Position numbers and translations under genes: made by a program
Assembly: GCA_023818895.1 (NCBI GenBank)
Contig: JAMWCX010000002.1
Location: 390,001-422,000, forward strand
Length of the DNA: 32,000 nt
Direction: 5' to 3'
Source of the DNA: Candidatus Omnitrophota bacterium
GTDB lineage: Bacteria > Omnitrophota > Gorgyraeia > 2-01-FULL-45-10
In this document: positions 8,231 through 16,697 of the stretch, in pieces
Numbering within the stretch: position 1 is the first letter of the stretch
How the letters are laid out: each line of letters begins with the position of its first letter
Notes under the pieces: generated by a model
What the model was told of the DNA's origin: nothing
Databases searched by the model: none
Seen by the model: the letters and a program-made list of their open reading frames with translations, nothing else

Positions 8231-10265
8231 GCTCCTTGTCGCTGTAGCCTGATACTTTAAGGACCGTGGGCGCCACATCGTAGAGCGACACGGCCTTTTT
8301 TGTGATCTTCTTATTCGAGAATATAACGCCGGGAACAAGGGCCGGATCGATCAGGTGGTCGCCTGACCATTTCTTGAGGTTGTCTTCGATGAGGCCTTCC
8401 GGTGAGCCTCCCATCGCTGTCTGCCAAGAGGCGCGGTAACCGTTGTTGAATCCTATATATAGGTCTGGCGTAGCGGCGGCATTGTCGCCCCAAAAAATCT
8501 CCTCGCGCTTATAAACCCTGCTTACGACCGGCTGGTTATATTTCTTGTCGATCCAGCCGGCTAGCCTCTGGACTATCTCGTTTTTAAGCCGTTCGGTCTC
8601 GTCTCCGGCGCTCACGATACCGTCGCGCTCTCTTCCTTTTTGATTTACATAGACCGCCCCGAAGCCTATCGCGTATGCCTTTGTCTTTGACCAGTCAACA
8701 TCGGCAAGAAGCTCGGCGCCCGATTCCGCGTAAGGGTTCTTCAGGACAAGGTATCCGTTTGCCTTAAGCCAGCTATTCACGTGGACCGCTCTCCTGAATG
8801 TCGCGAAACCGTGGTCGGAGAGGGCGATGATCGTATCTTGCTTGCCAGCGGTCTCCATCACCTCACCCAGGATTCTGTCCATTTTTATATAATATCTTTC
8901 TATAGTCTCTTTGTATTCAGGCGGCAGGTCAGCCGCATGAAGCGGATGGCCCTCGTCGCGGTAGCGCCAGAACATGTGCTGGATGATATCAGGAGTCTCG
9001 AAATAGCAGAAAAGAACTCCCTTCTCAAGCCGGCTGAGCTCCAGATCGAGCATAGCCTTCCTTTCCCTCAAAATTTCATCGGCCTGCTCGAGGAACGGAC
9101 CCTCAGCAAGACGAAGCTCGTTCACCGCCCAGGTATCCATCGGCATTCCCTGCGTATGGTAAAGGCCGATCTTTTCGGCAAGCTCCTTCGAATAGCTCTT
9201 CGGATACGAGATAGGAAATAGCGGCTCTCTCGGGTCGAAATTTATCGGGCTGATGTACAACCGGAATTCCGGCTTGACAGATACAAGATAGAATTTGAAT
9301 ATGCCCCTCGCCTTCTTTAAGAATCCTATATCGAACGAGACCTCCTGCCAGGGGCTCCACTCCCCCGTCCTTAAGACGGTTTTCTGTTTCTGAAACTCAA
9401 TGATCGCGCCATCGGCGGCGGTAAGCGTGACCTTGAACGGCACCTTGACATTATCCGGCTTTGCGCCCAAGCCTGCTACCTTCGGGCCGATAAGATTTGC
9501 CACCATCACATCGGACTTCCTTAGGTGGAAGACCTTGCCGCCGATATCTTTATCGTCTGAGATGTTTTCGGAGGTGTAAAAGGTGAATGTCCCTTCGGTG
9601 CCGAGGATATCGGGAACGCCCATGCCTGAGAGCATCCTTCCCCTTATCTTATCGGGAGGAAAAGTGACGGGGCAGGCCAGCACAACAGATTCTACATCCT
9701 TGTCCGACAGATACTGCCACAGCGAACGCGCCTTTTGCGTCTTAACGGCCTTGCCGCCCTCCACCTTCGCAAGCGAAAGGTCCATCCTGTAGGTCTTAGG
9801 ATCGCGTACGATGAAATCGAAGATGCCGTTTTTACCCGGATTTTTGCCGGTTGAGATAGCCGACCACGCTACGGGCGATTGCGGAGGATTGGACGTCGAG
9901 ATGCGGCTGTAGGAGCCTGCTTCCTTAAGGCGCGCGAAATTGGGAAGCCTGCCCTCCTTCATCATGGGCTCTATTATCTCGGGGCTCATAGCGTCGAACC
10001 CAAGAATTATTATCCTCTTGTCAAATGCCGATGTCTTCATAAAAACTCCTTTTACAATGAACGCAATCGCAACCAGAACGCATAAGATTATGACAAGGAG
10101 CATGAAATGTTTCTTGAAAAAATTGAAGATCTTCTTGAAGAAGATGGAGAAGAAGCCAAGGATCCCGACGAGAAGCGCCAGCATCCATCCGCCGAGGCTG
10201 AATATGGTGAAACCCGTTCCCGGGTCTATATATCCTAACGTTATAAAAGGCAATACCTTATCCAT
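8193..10265 (-). CDS. Membrane-anchored type I phosphodiesterase / nucleotide pyrophosphatase (alkaline-phosphatase superfamily) protein
   Basis: Two N-terminal TM segments, then IIILGFDAMSPEIIEPMMKEGRLPNFARLKEAGSYSRISTSNPPQSPVAWSAISTGKNPGKNGIFDF and ..IIALSDHGF... The 3' end overlaps the cysN 3' end convergently by 38 nt. Confidence 0.85.
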   Translation of the reverse strand: MDKVLPFITLGYIDPGTGFTIFSLGGWMLALLVGILGFFSIFFKKIFNFFKKHFMLLVIILCVLVAIAFIVKGVFMKTSAFDKRIIILGFDAMSPEIIEPMMKEGRLPNFARLKEAGSYSRISTSNPPQSPVAWSAISTGKNPGKNGIFDFIVRDPKTYRMDLSLAKVEGGKAVKTQKARSLWQYLSDKDVESVVLACPVTFPPDKIRGRMLSGMGVPDILGTEGTFTFYTSENISDDKDIGGKVFHLRKSDVMVANLIGPKVAGLGAKPDNVKVPFKVTLTAADGAIIEFQKQKTVLRTGEWSPWQEVSFDIGFLKKARGIFKFYLVSVKPEFRLYISPINFDPREPLFPISYPKSYSKELAEKIGLYHTQGMPMDTWAVNELRLAEGPFLEQADEILRERKAMLDLELSRLEKGVLFCYFETPDIIQHMFWRYRDEGHPLHAADLPPEYKETIERYYIKMDRILGEVMETAGKQDTIIALSDHGFATFRRAVHVNSWLKANGYLVLKNPYAESGAELLADVDWSKTKAYAIGFGAVYVNQKGRERDGIVSAGDETERLKNEIVQRLAGWIDKKYNQPVVSRVYKREEIFWGDNAAATPDLYIGFNNGYRASWQTAMGGSPEGLIEDNLKKWSGDHLIDPALVPGVIFSNKKITKKAVSLYDVAPTVLKVSGYSDKELKGLGLDGSPIL

Positions 10266-10278
10266 CCGGTTTGTTTTC

Positions 10279-11136
10279 CTAAAACTGCTGGGCCGAGAAG
10301 TCGGAAGAGCTTTCGCCGCTGCCCTCGTAAATCACATTGCCGCTTTCGTCTTTTAGCACGCCGACACCGCTTGGCTTGCCTTCAACGACCTCCCCTTCGT
10401 AGATAGTGCCGTTTGTTTCCCGTATTATCCCTTTCCCTGTCATATTGTTTTCTACAAAATCGCCTTCGTAGACCTTGCCGTTCTTCCAGGTGTATATAAC
10501 CTTGCCGTGTTTTTTACTGGCTTTGAAATCCCCTTTATAGACATCGCCGTTAGCCCACGTATAGACGCCCTTGCCTTCCATTCTGCCGTTTTTGAAATCC
10601 CCCTCGTAAGTCTCGCCGTTCTTCCACCTGACCGTCCCTTTTCCTTCTTTCTGATTATTTTTCCACTCGCCTTCATAGACACTGCCGTCTACTTTCGTAT
10701 AAACGCCCCTTCCCTCCATGACCCCGTCTTTGAAGTCACCTTCGTAGACCTTACCGTCAGGAAACGTGATCTTCCCCTTGCCATCCATGGTACCGTTCTT
10801 GAAATCTCCCTCATAGGCCTGGCCGTTCGACCATCGTATTTTGCCCCTGCCGTCTAACATACCGGCCTTCATCTCGGCCTCGCCCTCGTATCTTATCTCC
10901 TTGCCGTCTTTGCTCCTTAAGGTCACCTTCAGATAGCCCTTGCCCTCGGCCTTGTTGTCAACAGCGGGGCCGGACCAGCTTGCCGCGGTGATAGTGTAAT
11001 TATTAGATACACATACGACCCTGCAGCCCGTTTTTGGGTCGGAGGCCCAGCTTTCGGCCGAAAGCGCTGTCCGGACGGATCATGCGCATGCTATGCCTAC
11101 AAGCATCAATATCAGGATAAGACGGATTTTGTCCAT
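10279..11136 (-). CDS. Secreted MORN-repeat protein whose frame is interrupted by an in-frame TGA at codon 19 (11080-11082). The uninterrupted part is 10279-11079, and the track ORF starts at GTG 10926.
   Basis: Eight YEG-x4-G-x3-G-x-G units. Upstream, in the same frame: ATG 11136 with GAGGA 5 nt before it, then MDKIRLILILMLVGIACA, TGA, and SVRTALSAESWASDPKTGCRVVCVSNNYTITAASWSGPAVDNKAEGKGYLKV. Confidence 0.7.
10326..10890 (-). repeat. Eight tandem MORN repeat units (69-nt period, coding)
   Basis: YEGDFKNGTMDGKGKITFPDGKV / YEGDFKDGVMEGRGVYTKVDGSV / YEGEWKNNQKEGKGTVRWKNGET / YEGDFKNGRMEGKGVYTWANGDV, and so on. Confidence 0.85.
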
Positions 11137-11144
11137 AAATATCC

Positions 11145-13127
11145 TCACTTTCTTTCGGTGTCAAGCGGACGAATAACGAAATATCCACGGCTCTCATAAA
11201 AATCAGCCGGACTGTATCTGGTGATTTCCTTCGCGGCTTCCGCCTGCATGACAAGCCACTGCGCGGTATCAGAAGCAACCATGCGCTTGTCTGTGCCAAT
11301 GCCGAATTTCATGTCCGAGCTCGCAGGATCATGGGCTTTAAATACGGCCTCACCTTCTTTTTTCGATATAGGCTCTCCGACGAGTGTCGCGACGTTCATG
11401 TCCCGCTGGCTGTAGTCCTTCAGGAACTGCCGCTCTTCCTTTATTATGGGGCCCCGTTCGTCAGTATTATCTAGGTACCAGCGCTTGCCGTCCCTTTCGC
11501 CTAGGAATACCGCCACGTGCGATGACGGAGAGCTCCAGCAACTAGAGCCCCAGTAGTCGAGAAAGTTAGCAGCATTTCTGACGAGGACATCTTTCCAGCC
11601 GGAAGCCTGCCGCTCTTGTTCCCCTACGGGCGATATGAGGATGATATCACCGGCCGCAAGGTCATCTATGCGTTTTGCGGTATCGGGAAGCTCCGGCGGC
11701 TTCTTTGCCTTTATAAGTTTTAGTATCTCCTGCACGACAGGATTTGTCCGGGCTGTACGCGCGCGGATGGTCTGGCCGAGATCCCTGAGGAGCTCCTCGC
11801 CTAGCTTAAGCATATCCCGTTCGTCATCGGTAAGCGGCGCGGGTTTTCCCATCGGCCGCACAACCATGCCGGAGGAGGACACGGCAGGCGGATTGGCACG
11901 GATCTGGCCGTAAATCTCCTTTATCCGGAGCAGCCCTTCGGAGGCCGTAGCGCGCGCGGACGGGTTTTTTTCGAGCTCTATTATCTGGTCACGAGCCTTC
12001 TGTATCATCTCTTTCTGTAGGAGCACTGCTTGAGGTGATGCCGGAAGCTCGACAGTATCAGCCAGTGGGACGTTAAGCTTTATGAGGTCCTGCCTTGAGA
12101 TCTCGCCGGTCAACGCCCGCGCGCTCAGGTCTGCAAGGTATCTGGCGTTTTCTATATTGCCGCCATGCGCTGCCTCAACAGCCTTCTCCCCAAGCTGGCT
12201 GGATAGCTTCAACTGCTCCGATAGTCCCGTCTCGCCCTTCGGCGTCGATTCGACAGCGGTCCAGGTCCTCTGCGATTTGAAAGTGACGCCGCCTGTAACA
12301 GCATTGAATTCCGGATAAGTGAATTTTCCGGGCGCCTCTTCACTGGAGAACGTGCCGTAGCGCCATGAACCGGTTATCTTTGCGGGGCGGTCCCAGCGCT
12401 CCTGTGCCACACCATCCAGATTGACGGCGATCTTCTCGCCATTAAGCCATCTGGCCAGCGCGATGACTTTCGCCGCTTCCCGCAATTTATGAAACGCGAG
12501 CACGACCCGGCAGTATTCCTCGTATTTATCCGTATAATGCGCGCACCAGTCTCTGTAGAGCACGGCAAGCTCTTTCAGTTGCTGCGGATCCATGCCTCTC
12601 AATTCATCCATACGCGTAGTGAAAGCGATCTCCGAGTCTCCGAACGACACGATCTTCTTATCCGGTGAGACGCGCATCTGCACACGCTTTGGCTCAAACC
12701 AGAAGCTGGCGTCTATGGTAACGCTAGAAGTGATCTTCTTCCCCTTCATCTTCTTCGTCAGATATTCAGAATATGTAATATGGCCTGGAATATTGTCAAA
12801 CAGTTCCGGCCTCAGGATAAATGTTTTACCAGCGTAGTCCGCCTCGTAAAGGATACGGGCAAGGGCCGAATTAGAATCAACTCCTTCTGTATCGATAACA
12901 ACATATACGGGACTTGCATCTATGCCGCAGAGAGCCCTTGTCGGCGCGTCACCGACGGGGATCGCCGCCATGCTCTCCATCGCCAGACGGCGGCCGCTTG
13001 AGTCCGTCATGTATACCGGTATGTATTTATACATCTGGTCGATAGCATGCTGGGCGCCCATCGCATCACCTTCAGCCCACATCTTGAGATTCGCGGCGTC
13101 TTCTTTCGGTAAATCCGCATTCCCCAT
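11145..13127 (-). CDS. C-terminal part (660+ codons) of the frame-shifted large secreted PDZ protein, ending in a YiiX-like permuted-papain-like region
   Basis: This frame is open upstream of the listed ATG back to the A7 run (KEEKLLALAAAAI-MGNADLPKED...). No SD precedes ATG 13127 (GCGGCGGCCGCTATC) and there is no signal peptide. The C-terminus reads GDIILISP...SSHVAVFLGERDGKRWYLD...RMVASDTAQWLV. Confidence 0.7.
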   Translation of the reverse strand: MGNADLPKEDAANLKMWAEGDAMGAQHAIDQMYKYIPVYMTDSSGRRLAMESMAAIPVGDAPTRALCGIDASPVYVVIDTEGVDSNSALARILYEADYAGKTFILRPELFDNIPGHITYSEYLTKKMKGKKITSSVTIDASFWFEPKRVQMRVSPDKKIVSFGDSEIAFTTRMDELRGMDPQQLKELAVLYRDWCAHYTDKYEEYCRVVLAFHKLREAAKVIALARWLNGEKIAVNLDGVAQERWDRPAKITGSWRYGTFSSEEAPGKFTYPEFNAVTGGVTFKSQRTWTAVESTPKGETGLSEQLKLSSQLGEKAVEAAHGGNIENARYLADLSARALTGEISRQDLIKLNVPLADTVELPASPQAVLLQKEMIQKARDQIIELEKNPSARATASEGLLRIKEIYGQIRANPPAVSSSGMVVRPMGKPAPLTDDERDMLKLGEELLRDLGQTIRARTARTNPVVQEILKLIKAKKPPELPDTAKRIDDLAAGDIILISPVGEQERQASGWKDVLVRNAANFLDYWGSSCWSSPSSHVAVFLGERDGKRWYLDNTDERGPIIKEERQFLKDYSQRDMNVATLVGEPISKKEGEAVFKAHDPASSDMKFGIGTDKRMVASDTAQWLVMQAEAAKEITRYSPADFYESRGYFVIRPLDTERK

Positions 13128-14191
13128 GATAGCGGCCGCCGCAAGGGCGAGAAGCTTTTCTTCCTTTTTTTGGCGTCCTTTGTCGTATCGGCAAGGACTT
13201 TGTTGCTTTCCGTTTCCCAGCCGAGGATCTTAAGGGCTTGGGCGTAACTATCAGCGGTCCTTCCGGAGATTTTTTCATAGGCAGCGGCGGCCTTGTCCCA
13301 TCCGGCGTGCCGGAAGACCTTGATGATGATCTTGCCGATCTCCTGAGGAGCGATGCTTGTGACAGTCTGCAGGTACGCGAAATTATACAGGTCGATATAT
13401 TCCTGCGGCGTGATGCCGTATGCGGCAGCGAGTTTACGGATAAGGAGCTGGCGCTCCTGTTCAGCCGCCGGCATGCCGAGTATGAGCAAAGCGGGCGAAC
13501 TAATATTGTAAAAGTTTTTATTGTCGTATTTAGCGACGGCCTCGAGGCTGGATTTTTCCGGATTGAGTCGTAGAGCAGGTTCGGGATATTTCAGAGCTGT
13601 CTTCAGGAGGTCCAGATAATTGATAGGGCCGGTATTATACTTGGGGTCGTAGCTGCCTATGACGGCGATATCGCCGGAGGCCGGATCGATAACAACCTCT
13701 TTCAGGACGTTTATGCTATCAAGAGCGTCGAGCGCTGATGACGGGCCGTGTGCGGCCGCCGGCACGCCGGGAATCGTGAATGTACGGTCGATCTCCTTGA
13801 GCTCCAGCCTGATCGCGCCGGTCGGTATGAATCTCTTATCGAGGCGCTGACCGGAGCGCAAAACTGTCATTGTGACCGGTGTATAGGGACGGGATGCCTT
13901 GATCTTTGCCTGCACCGCCGCAGAATCCTTCACCGGATCACCATCTATCGCCACAATAACATCGCCGACCATGATGCCAGCCTTAGCTACGGGGCCGTCA
14001 GGCGCAACTCCGAGAATCGTCGGTCCTGCGGAAGTGGTGGCGCCGTTAGTGATGCCCCAGTCTATCGTGCCCGAATATTTGTCCTGGCCCTGCGCGGCGG
14101 GCGCGGGCGCTGCCGGCGCAAGATCGCCATAAGCAAAGCAGAGAAAAAGACATGACAAAAAGATGCTGATCATCTTTTCTTCGCTTATCAT
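13007..14191 (-). CDS. N-terminal part of the same gene: signal peptide plus PDZ domain. The last 52 codons of this ORF are out-of-frame read-on.
   Basis: GGAGGGAGG lies just upstream of ATG 14191. Signal peptide MISIFLSCLFLCFAYG. PDZ-like region LGVAPDGPVAKAGIMVGDVIVAIDGDPVKDSAAVQAKI...VTMTVLRSGQ. The tail after ..TTKDAKK turns implausible: RKKSFSPLRRPLSWGMRIYRKKTPRISRCG... Confidence 0.7.
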   Translation of the reverse strand: MISEEKMISIFLSCLFLCFAYGDLAPAAPAPAAQGQDKYSGTIDWGITNGATTSAGPTILGVAPDGPVAKAGIMVGDVIVAIDGDPVKDSAAVQAKIKASRPYTPVTMTVLRSGQRLDKRFIPTGAIRLELKEIDRTFTIPGVPAAAHGPSSALDALDSINVLKEVVIDPASGDIAVIGSYDPKYNTGPINYLDLLKTALKYPEPALRLNPEKSSLEAVAKYDNKNFYNISSPALLILGMPAAEQERQLLIRKLAAAYGITPQEYIDLYNFAYLQTVTSIAPQEIGKIIIKVFRHAGWDKAAAAYEKISGRTADSYAQALKILGWETESNKVLADTTKDAKKRKKSFSPLRRPLSWGMRIYRKKTPRISRCGLKVMRWAPSMLSTRCINTYRYT

Positions 14192-14278
14192 ACCTCCCTC
14201 CTACGTTAAAAAATCAGGCAAAAACCGGGGTATTTTTAATATATGAAAGCTAATGGACAATATAACTATCCGAGTTTT

Positions 14279-14306
14279 ATTATAGCAGATTTGGGGCGGA
14301 TAACAA
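14279..14306 (-). promoter_or_regulatory. Candidate sigma-70 promoter for the PDZ / MORN / NPP operon
   Basis: On the minus strand: TTGTTA (14306-14301), a 16-nt spacer, TATAAT (14284-14279), about 90 nt upstream of ATG 14191. Confidence 0.35.
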
Positions 14307-14545
14307 GGAAATGTGAGGCCAAGATATAAGGTGAATTAAATTAAATATTATATGTGATCGTATGTAGCTTATAAGGCCGACGAGAAAAACCTTCTCTTAA
14401 CTTACCTCAGAATAGTAGACCGACCATCAAGTGGTGATTAACCACTGGAACGCTGTCCAGACCCGCAGGTATTATATTCTGCTCCCGCACTAAAAGCAAC
14501 TGGCAATAACAGACGATCGCTACTCGCCTCTATCAGCAATGCCTC

Positions 14546-15745
14546 CTATTCTTCATCGATGCCGTATTCGGTAACCATTATCCTGCCGGCTTTCCTCTCG
14601 GGAAGAAGATGATGAGGCGTAAAAGCGAAACTGGCGATCATCGTCGGTATAACCGCGCTGGCAATGACCGCGGCGACCAGATATGAATACTGCTGCTGGC
14701 TGATTATGCCCCGTGACAGGCCGTAGAGAGCCGATATCGTGCCGAACGTAAGGCCCGTTGACATCATAAGGGTATAATACCACTTCTCCTTGCGTTCTTT
14801 GCGGAATCGGCCGATGACAGGATACAGCCCGAATATTTTCGAGATGACTTTGCCGCCGAATAAAAGTAAGAATACCACAGGCGCCGAGATCAGGGCAGGC
14901 ACTGAAACAAGCGTCCCCGCGCGCAAGAAATAAAACGGCGTGAGAAAACCTATCGTAAGCGTCCGCATGCGCTTGATCCAATGCTCTTCTTTTGCCGCGA
15001 ACTCCGCTATAAGCATACCGGCTATATAAGCGGGAAGCACCGCTTCGCTGCCGGACCAGAGGGCCAGCGCGCCAAGTCCGAATAATACCAGCACCACCCA
15101 TTTCGCCCTTATAGCCGCTGTCCTGTTTCCATATGTCCTCGTCAAGTAGGATGTCACGAAAGGGAAAGACCCCAGCACTATAACGCTCACCCCAACGAAT
15201 ACGAAAGTCTTATAAGTAAAAGGCGCGAATATGAGGCCGAGCGCTATAACCGTGCCCAGGTCATTGATAAAGCATGCTCCTAAGACGCCCTTACCGAATT
15301 CGGTCATATTAAAACCTGTTTCGAGCATCACGGCATAAACGACCGCCATGGAAGTGGTGGAAAGGGCGATCCCGGCCAGCAAGCTCGCCTGAGCGCTCCA
15401 ATGAAGGATAAATCTCGCCAAAGCGGCGCATCCCAAAAACGGCGCCAGGAATCCTATAAATCCCACGACAAGCACTTCTTTCTTCTTGGACGATATGACG
15501 TTCGGGTCGAGTTCGGCTCCTGCCAGGAACGTGAGAAGCACCGCAGCCGAGGCGGCCAGAAAACGCAGCCAATCGAGATCACTTCCCAGGGCGTTCTGCC
15601 CAAAAAAATGGTTTGCGACGGCAGCGGCCGCAATGCCAACGCATATCTCGATAAGCGCGATCGAGATTTTTAAGTGATACGCTATCACCGTTGATACTAC
15701 AGCCAGCCCCAACCAAACCGCAGCGATGGTAAAAATTTCCTCCAT
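14546..15745 (-). CDS. Cation:proton antiporter (Na+/H+ exchanger family, CPA2-like, without a TrkA/KTN domain)
   Basis: 399 aa, polytopic with about 11-12 TM segments: MEEIFTIAAVWLGLAVVSTVIAYHLKISIALIEICVGIAAAAV...LLTFLAGAELD... Confidence 0.85.
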   Translation of the reverse strand: MEEIFTIAAVWLGLAVVSTVIAYHLKISIALIEICVGIAAAAVANHFFGQNALGSDLDWLRFLAASAAVLLTFLAGAELDPNVISSKKKEVLVVGFIGFLAPFLGCAALARFILHWSAQASLLAGIALSTTSMAVVYAVMLETGFNMTEFGKGVLGACFINDLGTVIALGLIFAPFTYKTFVFVGVSVIVLGSFPFVTSYLTRTYGNRTAAIRAKWVVLVLFGLGALALWSGSEAVLPAYIAGMLIAEFAAKEEHWIKRMRTLTIGFLTPFYFLRAGTLVSVPALISAPVVFLLLFGGKVISKIFGLYPVIGRFRKERKEKWYYTLMMSTGLTFGTISALYGLSRGIISQQQYSYLVAAVIASAVIPTMIASFAFTPHHLLPERKAGRIMVTEYGIDEE

Positions 15746-15868
15746 TTCCAGATACTCCTTTTCAGCCTTCGGACGGCTTATTTAACATATCTACAGCCAT
15801 ACACCAAAAGAGCCGGTCTTCCATTCCTGAAGAAAGCCACCCTTTCTGCGCATAATCCTATCTTTGGC

Positions 15869-16579
15869 TTAAGTATAGTCACCTTGCCCATAGCCTATTC
15901 TCCTGTCAAGATCCATAAGCCTTACATCGATAAAATCATTTTTATGGTATTTTGGATGCCGGGCAAGGGAACATAACTGCCTAACCATTTTTGGATTACC
16001 GTTAGAAAAACGGAATATTTCTTTTTTGAAACTGTCTGTCCTCTTAGCCTTAATGCCAAACTCATTGACATAGTGATCCACCAGAAGGTCGGTTTTAGTT
16101 TTGTCAAAATTGGATATTTCTATCTTTTCAAAATTATTCAACAGAAAATGAAGATGCCCTATGTCCTTCTTTTTGGTGCCTCTGGATATTACAATTAAAG
16201 GCAGTTTACGTTCGAGCAAATATTCCAGGAAAGACGAATATTTTGGGGTGGAATAGCCCATATGGTCAAATATAATGTATTCCGGTTTTGTGTCAAGAAT
16301 GGGGTAACACATCTTTTTAAGTTCCAAGATATTCTTATCGCCAATATTGGCATGAACACCGTAATTGGATGAAAGAATGTTTTTTAATGCGTCTTTTAAG
16401 GTGCTGCTTTCCCCTGAATAAAGGATCATACTGACATTGCGATGGCTTGAAAGCACCTTGCTAACGATAGCAGTCTTACCAACACCCTCCATGCCGTATA
16501 TAAAGATATTCTTATTCCTACTTATCAAATCGGTGATGGCCATACACTCTTTTTCCCTGTCAATCAACTCTTCAGCCAT
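15869..16579 (-). CDS. Orphan P-loop NTPase (AAA/STAND-like ATP-binding protein, 236 aa)
   Basis: Walker A motif GMEGVGKTAIV, Walker-B-like PEYIIFDHMG, and later FSNGNPKMV. Markedly AT-rich: four hand-counted 60-nt samples gave 35, 28, 32 and 48% GC, against 53% for one sample in the adjacent antiporter gene. Confidence 0.65.
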   Translation of the reverse strand: MAEELIDREKECMAITDLISRNKNIFIYGMEGVGKTAIVSKVLSSHRNVSMILYSGESSTLKDALKNILSSNYGVHANIGDKNILELKKMCYPILDTKPEYIIFDHMGYSTPKYSSFLEYLLERKLPLIVISRGTKKKDIGHLHFLLNNFEKIEISNFDKTKTDLLVDHYVNEFGIKAKRTDSFKKEIFRFSNGNPKMVRQLCSLARHPKYHKNDFIDVRLMDLDRRIGYGQGDYT

Positions 16580-16697
16580 TTACGTTCCCGCATATAAATG
16601 TGTTAGCTAAGTTTCATGACGCGACGATATATATGGCACACGCTTTCCTAAACGTCCCTACGAGATAAAAATATGCCATATATCCCATCGTATCCTT

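Noticed and set aside
13160-13175. Canonical dnaX-type programmed -1 frameshift heptamer (A AAA AAG)
   Set aside because: The zero-frame phasing is GCC AAA AAA AGG, so the run does not align as X XXY YYZ. I saw no strong downstream stem-loop; the only one is a 4-bp GAAG/CTTC hairpin. Slippage stays in the findings as a lower-probability alternative to an indel.
14192-14545. 354-nt AT-rich intergenic region scanned for tRNA or small RNA genes
   Set aside because: It has no tRNA-like T-arm or anticodon-arm pattern. The one hairpin (AGTGGT/ACCACT, around 14430-14446) lacks a U-tract. The region is adequately explained as a promoter and 5' UTR.
14553-15101. 182-aa same-strand ORF in an alternative frame inside the antiporter gene
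   Set aside because: The antiporter frame gives a coherent polytopic membrane protein. The alternative frame is Arg/Gly-rich with no motifs.
16629-16683. 10-bp inverted repeats upstream of the NTPase gene, considered as terminal inverted repeats of a mobile element
   Set aside because: Both arms sit on the same side of the gene, 35 nt apart. There is no transposase and I could find no target-site duplication. They are more likely an operator or a 5'-UTR hairpin.
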